From positions 18,762 through 82,761 of the IMG/VR virus record IMGVR_UViG_3300009034_002371: a stretch of 64,000 nucleotides of DNA; one strand, written 5' to 3'. Source of the stretch: a virus. Below the pieces are notes generated by a model. That model made no database searches, was not told the DNA's origin, and worked only from the letters and a program-made list of their open reading frames with translations. Below are positions 45,837 through 54,801 of the stretch, piece by piece. Position numbers and translations under genes: made by a program. The number at the start of each line of letters is the position of its first letter. The first letter of the stretch is position 1.

Positions 45837-47935
45837 TGGCTCAAGCAACAATATACCAAGGGGCCTGGCAGCAAAGTACCTATCAAGGGGCCTGGCAAGA
45901 GCAAGCGCCTGTTTCCAGTTCGTCTTCATCCTTGAGCAACTCATCGAGTAGCTGTTCATCAAGCTTCAGCTCATCGAGTTCATGTTCAAGTAGCTTCAGT
46001 AGCTGTTCCTCGAGTTCAAGCTTCTCGAGTAGCAGTTTCAGTTCATCGAGTAGCAGTTTCAGCTCATCAAGTTCATGTTCAAGTAGCTTCAGTAGCTGCA
46101 GTTCATCGTTTTCGAGTTCATGTAGCAGCTCATCGAGCTTCAGCTCATCGAGTTCATGTTCAAGTAGCTTCAGTAGCTGCAGTTCATCGTTCTCGAGTTC
46201 ATGTTCAAGTAGCTTCTCAAGTAGCTGTTCGTCAAGCTTTGCTTCCAGCTCATGCAGTAGCAGTTTTAGTTCCGGTTCGCTTTCATCCTCATCTTCGAGC
46301 AGTTTGGCTGTTCCGCGTCCACCAGAGGCTCGGAACGTGATTATTCGACCTCTAAGTCCACGGCCTCATCATGATCTAGAGCTGACCTATGATTACTATG
46401 ATCCTGACGGTGACCCCGAGCAGGGATCTTTAATCCAGTGGTATAGGAATGGTGGGCGTCAATCGGGCTATGATAACTTGTCAACACTTCCCTACACGGC
46501 TACCAGTGCAGGTGAAATCTGGTACGCTATGGTTCGACCGAGAGATAATCAGGGGTTGTGGGGAAACTGGGCTATTTCTAACATTGTGCGGATATCGTCT
46601 GTCATTACAGACTGGTATTATGGTCCGGGTGCATATCCAAGCAGACAATTCGAGCGCCGGCCGGTAGTTCCTAGCTTTTCAAGTTCATCACGTTCAGTAA
46701 GTTCAGTAAGTGCAAGTTCTTCGAGTAGTTCTAGTTTATCAGGTATAAGCAGTTCGAGTAGTAGATCATCCGAGTCGCTTTCTGAATCATACTACTTTAT
46801 GGATACTGCATTCAAGTCTACAAGCTCCTATGTGTTTGCTACTGTTATAAGTTACGCCACCGGCAATCCTAGGGGAGTTGTGTCTATAGATGTGGACGAT
46901 CCATCGAACCCGAGCATTGTTGGCTGGTTGCCAATTGATCCTACTGTTTATGGTAGCGTTAAACATTGTCAGATTACAAATTCTGGCCACCTTGCAGTGA
47001 GCCTTAGTGAATGGAGTGGTGTTTCTGGAGGTGTAATCTTAGTTGATATATCTAACCCTGCCTCCATGTCGTTGATGGGGAAATATAGTCTTGGAAATCC
47101 AGCCACATATGTTACCAGTGTGAACTACTTCGATGTGGCTACCATCACGGGGCCTGAGGAACGTATTTATCTTGCAACAGCTGATAGTGCGCTGGGATTA
47201 GTTGCCGTAGATATAGATAATCCTAATAGTTTAACCAAGGCCGGTGACTATGTGCCAGGGACGGAGATTTTTGATGTTGCTGTTACTAATAACAATGTTG
47301 TTGTTATAACTAATAACAGAGTTCGGTTCTTGTCTAGAAACGATTCTCTTACACTTCAGAGCGAGCCCGATCTAACGACAGCCCCTGGAACTTCCGGGAG
47401 CTGTCCTACCTGCAACTACGACCCAAGCAAAGCTACGGGCTTTAACGATACTGATTTCAAGTTACTTACTCTTGCCGCAGACGCAGCAGCAAACGTTGTC
47501 TATTTTGTAGTACGTAAACTCGATGCAACAGCAAGCCACTTATGGGTGGTCAACTCCGGTGGAGTGGAAAGTCTTGCCCCAATTAGTTTTGGAACTACAT
47601 CAGATCTTCAAATGGTTATTTACTTCAACACCGGAGTATATGTATGTGCTTCGGTTAGTGCTCGTATATTGTACTCCCACGATTCAAATAATACTATTGA
47701 TTTTTGCGACACCCCTTGGTATATGGGAATGAACTGTGGACCACCAACACCGTCCATTTACCTAGATTACCCTGTGTCTAAAGATACTAAAAGTCATGAT
47801 ATTATAGGAATAGATGGGGGTATAGTGTCTGCAACACCTTATATATTCTGTGCTTGTATGGATGAGGGGTTGAGGATTTATGACGTAACTGACATAAGTA
47901 ATCTTTCATTGGAGTATGTAAACTTTGGTCAATAG
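45836..47935 (+). CDS. Modular protein: tandem QGAWQ motif + Ser tract + Ig-like domain + Ser tract + LVIVD-repeat beta-propeller
   Basis: YDYYDPDGDPEQGSLIQWYRNG marks the Ig domain. GVVSIDVDDPSNP, GVILVDISNPAS, GLVAVDIDNPNS and GLRIYDVTD are LVIVD repeats. Confidence 0.72.
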   Translation: MAQATIYQGAWQQSTYQGAWQEQAPVSSSSSSLSNSSSSCSSSFSSSSSCSSSFSSCSSSSSFSSSSFSSSSSSFSSSSSCSSSFSSCSSSFSSSCSSSSSFSSSSSCSSSFSSCSSSFSSSCSSSFSSSCSSSFASSSCSSSFSSGSLSSSSSSSLAVPRPPEARNVIIRPLSPRPHHDLELTYDYYDPDGDPEQGSLIQWYRNGGRQSGYDNLSTLPYTATSAGEIWYAMVRPRDNQGLWGNWAISNIVRISSVITDWYYGPGAYPSRQFERRPVVPSFSSSSRSVSSVSASSSSSSSLSGISSSSSRSSESLSESYYFMDTAFKSTSSYVFATVISYATGNPRGVVSIDVDDPSNPSIVGWLPIDPTVYGSVKHCQITNSGHLAVSLSEWSGVSGGVILVDISNPASMSLMGKYSLGNPATYVTSVNYFDVATITGPEERIYLATADSALGLVAVDIDNPNSLTKAGDYVPGTEIFDVAVTNNNVVVITNNRVRFLSRNDSLTLQSEPDLTTAPGTSGSCPTCNYDPSKATGFNDTDFKLLTLAADAAANVVYFVVRKLDATASHLWVVNSGGVESLAPISFGTTSDLQMVIYFNTGVYVCASVSARILYSHDSNNTIDFCDTPWYMGMNCGPPTPSIYLDYPVSKDTKSHDIIGIDGGIVSATPYIFCACMDEGLRIYDVTDISNLSLEYVNFGQ
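45914..46303 (+). repeat. Second long poly-Ser(Cys/Phe) coding repeat
   Basis: About 130 codons. 46133-46194 matches 39523-39584 at 61 of 62 nt. Confidence 0.92.
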
Positions 47936-48045
47936 AGTATCCGGAGAGGAGTTAGGTTTTTATCATTAGGTGATAGGAGGAGAGGAGCGGCCGAGGAAGT
48001 TCTAGTTCCCCGGTGTATCATTACTTATTTAAGGAGGTTGTCAGA

Positions 48046-49512
48046 ATGGCTTACCGTCCACCTGGAGTATATGTCGAGAAGATAGTCAATCCTGGCTTAG
48101 TTGCTATGTTTCAGGGAGCTCGCGTACCTGTTATAGTAGGAGCTGGTCAGCGGACTATAGAGGAGGTAGAGAGTCTTGTACATGGATCTGCGGGGGGTAC
48201 TGATCAGCTTACGTACGCTGCAACATCGATAATAAGATCTGGTGACTATCCGGATCAGATAAAGTATCGGGAAGGTACCGACTTCCTCTTCAGCGGCACG
48301 TTAGCTAACCCCTCACAGAACCTAGTTTGGAGTCCCTCTGGATCAGGTACGCGAGAACCTGATGTAGGAGCAACTTACTGGGTGACGTATAGACGTCCGG
48401 TAGATGATGATCAGTACGATTATCATATGTATACTAACGAGAATGACATCATTCAGCGCCATGGACCCGAGTCCAGTTTTAACCTTGCGACTGTGGGGGC
48501 CATTGTTGCTCTGAGACAGGGTTGTCAACAAGTTGGCATTATCCAGTTGAACCTAGTGGCAGCTACTGAGCAAAGTTACCCACATGGGGATCCTGATGAT
48601 CCAACACCCGCTGAGTGGTATACGGCGTTTATAGACGTCCTACCAATTCTCGAGCAGCTTGATACAGAGCAGTGTAGATACATTGTACCCATGACCACGT
48701 TGGGTGACGAGGCAGGGGAAGAAGATTACGATATCTTCAATGATTACCTGTTCCATGTCGACGAGATGAGCTTGACTTCTCAGCGTAGATGGAGAATGAT
48801 AGTCAGGGGGAAGGCGGCGACCCCGAGTGCATCCAATAGCACCGTTCGGGATGCGTTTAAAACGCAAGCTGAAGGGTACCGCTTCCATAATTCCGCTCGC
48901 AGGATGATAGTAGCCAGCCCGGGCGAGATTTACAGGATAATTCGGGACCCCGATACGGGGATCGCTACTAGAACGCTGTTTGATGGTAGTGTACTTGCAG
49001 CCGCGACTGCCGGTAGAATTTGTTCCTGGAACAATCCTGCAGTTCCTATCACCATGAAGGATTTTGCCGCGATCCAGTTCACCAGGATCTTCAGTAACGC
49101 TGACATGAACTATATGGCAGCTAACGGTGTTTGCGTATACTGGTACAAGGGTGAGAGTCTTAAATGCCGTCATGGTATAACATGCGACCTCACTAATGCT
49201 AATACGCAGGAGATCTCTGTCGTGGAGATAGAGGATTGGATCAAAGTGCAAGCTATCTTTGTACTGGAAAACAGGTATATCGGATCGATTATTGTAGGAG
49301 GGTTAACCGAGTCGATCCGAGCTACCCTAGTTGCACACTGGGAAGGACTGGTAAGAGCACAGAATATTGCAGACTTCGATCAGGGCTCTATTACAGTGAC
49401 CCAGAATGAAACTGATCCTCGTATCATTGATGTATACGGCAGGATAAAACCAGCGTACCCACTAAACTGGATTGATATTCGATTCATGTTCTACGCTGGT
49501 CCTGCCACATAA
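48046..49512 (+). CDS. Tail sheath protein
   Basis: AAGGAGG SD. N-terminal YRPPGVYVE. C-terminal GITCD...QEISVV.I.D...YIG...PAYPLNWIDI. Confidence 0.9.
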   Translation: MAYRPPGVYVEKIVNPGLVAMFQGARVPVIVGAGQRTIEEVESLVHGSAGGTDQLTYAATSIIRSGDYPDQIKYREGTDFLFSGTLANPSQNLVWSPSGSGTREPDVGATYWVTYRRPVDDDQYDYHMYTNENDIIQRHGPESSFNLATVGAIVALRQGCQQVGIIQLNLVAATEQSYPHGDPDDPTPAEWYTAFIDVLPILEQLDTEQCRYIVPMTTLGDEAGEEDYDIFNDYLFHVDEMSLTSQRRWRMIVRGKAATPSASNSTVRDAFKTQAEGYRFHNSARRMIVASPGEIYRIIRDPDTGIATRTLFDGSVLAAATAGRICSWNNPAVPITMKDFAAIQFTRIFSNADMNYMAANGVCVYWYKGESLKCRHGITCDLTNANTQEISVVEIEDWIKVQAIFVLENRYIGSIIVGGLTESIRATLVAHWEGLVRAQNIADFDQGSITVTQNETDPRIIDVYGRIKPAYPLNWIDIRFMFYAGPAT

Positions 49513-49529
49513 GGCCTCATGATTAGCAC

Positions 49530-49558
49530 TTGCGTCAAGAGGTACATTATTGTGTAAT
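49530..49558 (+). promoter_or_regulatory. sigma70-like promoter TTGCGT-N17-TGTAAT upstream of tail tube gene
   Basis: Consensus spacing in the intergenic gap. Confidence 0.45.
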
Positions 49559-49658
49559 CTTCGATTGAAGGTGGGCGTTAACTCGCCTGGACTCTAGGGT
49601 GGTGCCGCGAGAGGGTAACCACCTTAGGTCCTTGGTGTATGCTCATATATTGAAGATT
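49556..49658 (+). ncRNA. Multi-branched structured leader between sheath and tube genes
   Basis: AATCTTCGAT/ATTGAAGATT encloses GGGCG/CGCCT and a ~14-bp stem at 49589-49631. Confidence 0.4.
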
Positions 49659-49675
49659 TGAAGGGAGGATGAAAG

Positions 49676-50344
49676 ATGCCTTTTCCAAGCGGATTGACAG
49701 GGTGGCGAGATGTTCCGCCTCCACCACAAGCGACAAGGGTTTACTATTCTTACCGCATCCTGGTACCCGCTGTAGAGTACGGTGGTGGAGCAGGAATCGG
49801 AGGAAAGACTATGGTGCAGGTTGGAACCTTCCAAAACTTTGCACCAACATCAACCCGTCAAGTGGTCCGTGTAAGGGGTATTGCCAATAACGGTGGATAT
49901 CCTTTAGAGCTAGTTCCGGGACCAGCTGACACCTCTATCAATGTTACCTACCTATCTCTTTATCTATTGCCTCTTAATGAGGCACTTGGATACGATATAG
50001 GTTCAGTGGTTGACTTGAACAGGCAACGGATACCTTTTGATATTCAAGAGGTGTGCCAGATGCCTATTGGAGCTGAGGCCTTCGGGCAGATTGGGGAGGC
50101 CGGCATTCCTAGGCGAAGAACTGCGTACGAGGTAAACCACTATTACGAATGTTACCTAAGTAACGTTGGTAGAACTATTAACCAGGGTACTGTAACCATT
50201 GCAGAAACTGCAACGATTCAAGTTACAGCTGTGGCTCCTCTAAAGCAGCCGCCTGAGATGGGAACTGCGCTTGATGTGCCAGAGATTCCAAGTCTTGGTG
50301 CAAGAGGCGGTACTCTATATTCTACGACACCGGCGTTCGGATAA
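49676..50344 (+). CDS. Tail tube protein
   Basis: Follows the sheath. VG..Q...TSTR.V.RVRGI, ELVPG, PFDIQE, Y..CYLS......I..G.VTIAE.ATI. Confidence 0.8.
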   Translation: MPFPSGLTGWRDVPPPPQATRVYYSYRILVPAVEYGGGAGIGGKTMVQVGTFQNFAPTSTRQVVRVRGIANNGGYPLELVPGPADTSINVTYLSLYLLPLNEALGYDIGSVVDLNRQRIPFDIQEVCQMPIGAEAFGQIGEAGIPRRRTAYEVNHYYECYLSNVGRTINQGTVTIAETATIQVTAVAPLKQPPEMGTALDVPEIPSLGARGGTLYSTTPAFG

Positions 50345-50368
50345 TACACTATTGAGAGGGTGTATGTT

Positions 50369-50857
50369 ATGGCTTTTGTGTGGCCCGATACTGAGCGGGA
50401 TACTGTGACGGCTAGACTCACTCAGCTGTTTACACTTCCCGCTAGGGTCTTTGAGGTTCCAGTTGGAGAGGGGCAAGTAATAAGGGTTAAACTGCGCCTA
50501 CTAAATGATAGGGAGAATCTGGAAGTTGCCGATATGGTTGACAGGTATGGTATGATCGGTAAGTCTATTGTAGAGCGCAGGCAGATTCTTGCCAGAGCGG
50601 TTCTGTGGCTTGAAGATCAGCCCCTTCGGATGTCTACGTCTGTAAAGCAGAGTTTTATGGATCGTAACGACCGATCTCCTACAGAGGTAGAGGAGAAACT
50701 GTGGGTTTTCGAGATGTGTCAACCTGTAGTATTGGATGCTTTGTTTGAGAAGTATGATGAGCTGATGCGTGAGCAGTTAAGACTCGTGAGTGAGTTAAAA
50801 AAAAATTACGTAGACGGCTTGGAAGGGACGCAACCCGAGATGAAGTCGTCTCCGTAG
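50369..50857 (+). CDS. Tail assembly chaperone (lambda gpG-like)
   Basis: Lies between tube and tape measure. Ends just after an ELKKN slippery site. Confidence 0.75.
   Translation: MAFVWPDTERDTVTARLTQLFTLPARVFEVPVGEGQVIRVKLRLLNDRENLEVADMVDRYGMIGKSIVERRQILARAVLWLEDQPLRMSTSVKQSFMDRNDRSPTEVEEKLWVFEMCQPVVLDALFEKYDELMREQLRLVSELKKNYVDGLEGTQPEMKSSP
50797..50856 (+). promoter_or_regulatory. Programmed -1 ribosomal frameshift signal (A9 run + downstream hairpin)
   Basis: TTA AAA AAA AAT. The -1 frame is open into ORF 50899. 50807-50820 pairs with 50843-50856 (13 of 14). Confidence 0.8.
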
Positions 50858-51453
50858 TTCTGTTCCGATTCCCCTACCTGTTACACGATTTTGGAAAAAT
50901 GTCCGAGTTCGGTTGGTGGTATCTGTATATCCAGATTTTGCAGGCAGAAGGGGAAAAGAGGAAAGAGATCAGCGATCTCATAGAGGCTTTGTTGCCCTGG
51001 ATAAACCCGGAACTTTGGGCCGAGGTTCAAAAGCGCGACGGGAAGGTTCGGGAGAATGTTGCTTTTGAGAACCAGATTAGATCCATGTTTGACGGGACCT
51101 GGGATCCGGATCCTAGTGCAGAACAGGTTCCCTTTATTGATGAACTTGCTGTAAGTGAACCGGGATCAGAAGCTGATCTAGTGCAACAAATGTTTAATCA
51201 ATATGGACAGGAGCAACCCCCTGGTACAATAAGAAGTCAGTTATTCCCAGGTGTGCCGCCTACGTTTAGGGGGCCTGGGGATCAGGTTCCCGAGACAATA
51301 GGGGCTGTTTCTAGAGACCCACGTCGCGTTCAATCAAGTCCCGGGGGCGCTGAGGAGGCTTTTAGACAATTGCGGAAGCGAGAACGAGAACAAGAACAAG
51401 AACAGTCATCACCAGAGACCCAACTGCCTAGTTCTGAAGAGGAGGATAAGTAG
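50806..51453 (+). CDS. Frameshift extension of tail assembly chaperone (gpGT-like)
   Basis: The -1 frame reads LRRRLGRDATRDEVVSVVLFRFPYLLHDFGKMSEFGWWY... with no stop. No SD precedes ATG 50899. Confidence 0.75.
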   Translation, partial: LRRRLGRDATRDEVVSVVLFRFPYLLHDFGKMSEFGWWYLYIQILQAEGEKRKEISDLIEALLPWINPELWAEVQKRDGKVRENVAFENQIRSMFDGTWDPDPSAEQVPFIDELAVSEPGSEADLVQQMFNQYGQEQPPGTIRSQLFPGVPPTFRGPGDQVPETIGAVSRDPRRVQSSPGGAEEAFRQLRKREREQEQEQSSPETQLPSSEEEDK

Positions 51454-53894
51454 TGCAGGATTCGACTACAGGGCCACTACAGCCAGGAGGAGCTGGCATC
51501 CCACAGGTACCAGGCGCTTCGCAGGAAATTCGAGATGAGTATCTACTGCGTCTGGGAGTCAGGGCTGACGATGCACAAGCTAGCTTACGAACTATGTCTA
51601 ATGCTTTGCGGGAGTCAAGTGAGCAGGGCGTTAGACAGTCGACCGCTCTTGGCACTGCTTTGAAGGGCGTTTCCAAAATTGCGGGTGTGTTGGGAGTTAG
51701 TTTGGCACCCACTGCTATATTGAGAGGTATACTCGAGGCTCAGTCCGAGGTGCGAGCGCTTCGTATGACCATGTTCGAAGCTGGAAGAGAAGCTGCACGT
51801 GGTGGAGCTGCTATGCTCGAATGGACTAAATATAATCAGGAGGCCGCTCACGTTTACAATACTGTCGTTGAACATGCAAGAGTTCACTGGAGACGTTCTG
51901 CCGATGACGTAAAACAAATGTTCACAGCGGTTTCTCGCTCCGGTATAGGTATGGTAGAGGGTGTAGGAGCTTCTACTGATAGGGTGTTACGCGCTATAAC
52001 TGAGGTAGCGCAAGCTACTAGGACGGCCTTTGCACTTCAGTTTTTGGGATTTGACCCCGATCAAATTACTTCCATATACCGGTCTCTGGCTGTTAATTTG
52101 AGGATGACAGTTGGTCAGATAGAAGAAGCCATGTATAGGTTTCTTCTTATTTCCCAGGACACTACTCTTGCCTGGCGTGATCAGATTCGTATAGTTGTTG
52201 AAGCGCTGTCTCAGTATAGTAAGTTTGGTGTAACGCTAGATGATGTGACTCTGATGTTAAGTGGCTTAGTACGGGAATCGCAGAGCCTTAGAGAAGGTTT
52301 TATGACTGTTGGGATGGCTTACGATATACTTATGAACAAGCTGGGTATTCGTACTCGTGTTACTCCTCAACAAGTGATGATGGCGTTCTCACAATTAACA
52401 CCAACGGATGTAGAGCAGATTCTTACAGGTTTGAGACCTGAGCAGTTAAGGACCCTAACAGGTCCACAAAGGGAGGAAAGACAGCGGGTCCTCGATGCCT
52501 TAACTAAGTGGATGCAACGGTTACCTGCGGGTACGTTACCTCCTGGGCTAGAACGTGCAGAGCAGTTACTAGAGGAAGGCGTTCCTATCGGAGTTTGGCC
52601 TCAAGTAGTTCCTGGACTTGATCCCAGACAGTGGGCTAGAATAGGTCCCGCCCTGGCACGTAGGTTAGGCGCAGGACGGTTTATACAGGGCATGCCACTA
52701 GAGCAGGCGCCCATCTTCTGGCAACAGTTACAGGGCATGTTTGGTAGTCTTGCGGAAGGGTTTTGGGAGATGCGTGTAGGGAGAGCTGCAGATCCCCTAG
52801 GATTAACTGAGAGAGCCCTAGAGGGTATAGAAGCCTCGTCAACAGCTGCACAGGAAGCAAAAAAGGTCTTAGATAAGTTGAGGTCAGAGGGGCGAGAGGT
52901 ATCGCTGACGGCTAAGGATTTCTATGCGAATGTTGATCAATCGATGAGGAAAGTGGCCGATAATACTACCGGTTTGCTAAGGGATGTAGGTTTCATTGCA
53001 AGTACCATGATGAGGGCAATTGTTAGTCGTGAAGCGCGGGAACAGTGGCGTACTAGAGAAGAGATGGAGATGGCAGAGTCCAGGCGGTCGCAATATCGAA
53101 AGTGGCTTGAAGAGGGCGGGAGGAGACGGATAGGTCGCGAGCTCAGATTAGATGTCCCGGAGGAGTTTCTAGAACCTGAACAGGCGAGAGAGCGTAGGCG
53201 GTTGATGGAACAGATGAGTGAAGCTTATCGAGCTTACTTTGAGGAGGCTCCTACTCCGGAGACTCTGATGCAGTTTCTCAGACCTGGCGGACCCGTTGAC
53301 CCTGGAGCGCGCCGAACTTTGCTGGAGATGCTTAGTGTTATGCGGCAGATGCCAGAGCTTGAGCAATATATTACACCTGAGGCATTTCCAGGGTTAAATG
53401 AAGTACTTGAAACACTGTTGGAAACTGGAATCATGGGTGCGGGTGGTTTGGGAGGGCAGAGACGGAGGCTAGAGAGATATCTTGAGAATTTACAGGTTGA
53501 GGCTATGCCTCCCACGCGACAGGCGGCTGCTCAGTGGTTGAGGACTATAGGTCCTCATATTCCCCAGGAAACAATTGATGAGACGTTATGGCAACGCTGG
53601 GGGATCCGGCCAGGGGAGATTCCAAGCCTTATAGCTCCGCCATCGAAGGTTGTACCTCTACCAGAGATTCCAGCAGCTGAGGCTGAACCCACCACCGCCC
53701 TCCCCAAGGATATAAGGGATCAGCTAGGGTTGGGAGAGGGTGGAGAACTCACTACAGGGTTATCTGAAGCGAATATTACTGTAGTTGTTAATATTGATGG
53801 TGAAGAGCTTAACATTCCTGTTCAACGACGACTAAATATCGATAGGGCAAATGAAAGGCCGACAGACGTTGATACAGCAGGCTTACCAACATAA
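51453..53894 (+). CDS. Tail tape measure protein
   Basis: Long helical Ala/Leu/Glu/Arg-rich ORF directly after the chaperones. C-terminal NITVVVNIDG. Confidence 0.8.
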   Translation: MQDSTTGPLQPGGAGIPQVPGASQEIRDEYLLRLGVRADDAQASLRTMSNALRESSEQGVRQSTALGTALKGVSKIAGVLGVSLAPTAILRGILEAQSEVRALRMTMFEAGREAARGGAAMLEWTKYNQEAAHVYNTVVEHARVHWRRSADDVKQMFTAVSRSGIGMVEGVGASTDRVLRAITEVAQATRTAFALQFLGFDPDQITSIYRSLAVNLRMTVGQIEEAMYRFLLISQDTTLAWRDQIRIVVEALSQYSKFGVTLDDVTLMLSGLVRESQSLREGFMTVGMAYDILMNKLGIRTRVTPQQVMMAFSQLTPTDVEQILTGLRPEQLRTLTGPQREERQRVLDALTKWMQRLPAGTLPPGLERAEQLLEEGVPIGVWPQVVPGLDPRQWARIGPALARRLGAGRFIQGMPLEQAPIFWQQLQGMFGSLAEGFWEMRVGRAADPLGLTERALEGIEASSTAAQEAKKVLDKLRSEGREVSLTAKDFYANVDQSMRKVADNTTGLLRDVGFIASTMMRAIVSREAREQWRTREEMEMAESRRSQYRKWLEEGGRRRIGRELRLDVPEEFLEPEQARERRRLMEQMSEAYRAYFEEAPTPETLMQFLRPGGPVDPGARRTLLEMLSVMRQMPELEQYITPEAFPGLNEVLETLLETGIMGAGGLGGQRRRLERYLENLQVEAMPPTRQAAAQWLRTIGPHIPQETIDETLWQRWGIRPGEIPSLIAPPSKVVPLPEIPAAEAEPTTALPKDIRDQLGLGEGGELTTGLSEANITVVVNIDGEELNIPVQRRLNIDRANERPTDVDTAGLPT

Positions 53895-53903
53895 GGTGAT
53901 ACT

Positions 53904-54794
53904 ATGGCAGGTATACAGTTAGCAGCACCCGTAAGGACAGCAACGCGACCATTTAATGATGTTGAACGGATGGCTATTGAGCGGGCAAACACTCCATCAG
54001 ATTTTGTCGTTATGCATATTAACCCGCAGAGAATCAATATCCGCTACAGAAAAGTGATTCAGCGAGTTCAGACGAACACTCGGTGGGTTTTTCAGCACTG
54101 GGGAGCAGAGCCAGTTACCCTTACTTATAACGGACTTACTGGCTATATGAATTCTGAGGTAGCTCAAGAGTATAGTCGAAAGTATCTACCAAATCAAATT
54201 ACCAGTCTTCGAGATGCAAGAGAAGCGCGAAAGTTTCTTACACCATATGAAACTAACGCTTATAGAGCTCTATTGAGATTGAAAACGTTTTATGAAGAAC
54301 CTCATAAGTGGCTCCAAGGAAGAGACTTAACCAAGATTGCTGGAGCCAATATAGACGATAGACTGCAGGGCCTGAAGTTAAATTTGTATTATCGCGATAC
54401 AATGTATGTAGGATACTTCACTAGAATGGAGATCCGGGAGGAGGAGACCTCCCCTTGGATGTGGGCTTACAGTATGGAGTTCACTGCGTACGACACGCAA
54501 TCTAGCCCATGGCAGGGTCAACTTACTAGCTGGGAGAGAGATGCGCTGGCGGAGGCTGCGAAGGAAGCAGGCATAGAAGTGGATAAGGTTCTAGCCCGAG
54601 CAAGTAAGTTAGTTGAGAAGTCGGCACCGTCTACAAAGGGTACTATACCTCCGGGTCCAGCTCGTTGGGGTCCTGCTGCTGCATCTGAGCAGGCATGGAA
54701 GAAAGAGTCTTATACAAGAACTCCGCAGTTTAATGCTAACTTAGTTCGTAAGAATCTGTTAACTGTCCAAACTAGTGACGAGGAGTCGGAATAG
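53904..54794 (+). CDS. Baseplate/tube initiator protein
   Basis: INPQRINI.Y.K.....TNT.WVFQHWG....LTY.G.TG and Y.GYF..MEI.EE..SPW..AYSMEF. Position follows the tape measure. Confidence 0.6.
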   Translation: MAGIQLAAPVRTATRPFNDVERMAIERANTPSDFVVMHINPQRINIRYRKVIQRVQTNTRWVFQHWGAEPVTLTYNGLTGYMNSEVAQEYSRKYLPNQITSLRDAREARKFLTPYETNAYRALLRLKTFYEEPHKWLQGRDLTKIAGANIDDRLQGLKLNLYYRDTMYVGYFTRMEIREEETSPWMWAYSMEFTAYDTQSSPWQGQLTSWERDALAEAAKEAGIEVDKVLARASKLVEKSAPSTKGTIPPGPARWGPAAASEQAWKKESYTRTPQFNANLVRKNLLTVQTSDEESE

Positions 54795-54801
54795 TTTAGT
54801 T

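Noticed and set aside
39013-46303. CRISPR array
   Set aside because: The repeats are degenerate, in-frame coding and lack unique spacers; no cas genes.
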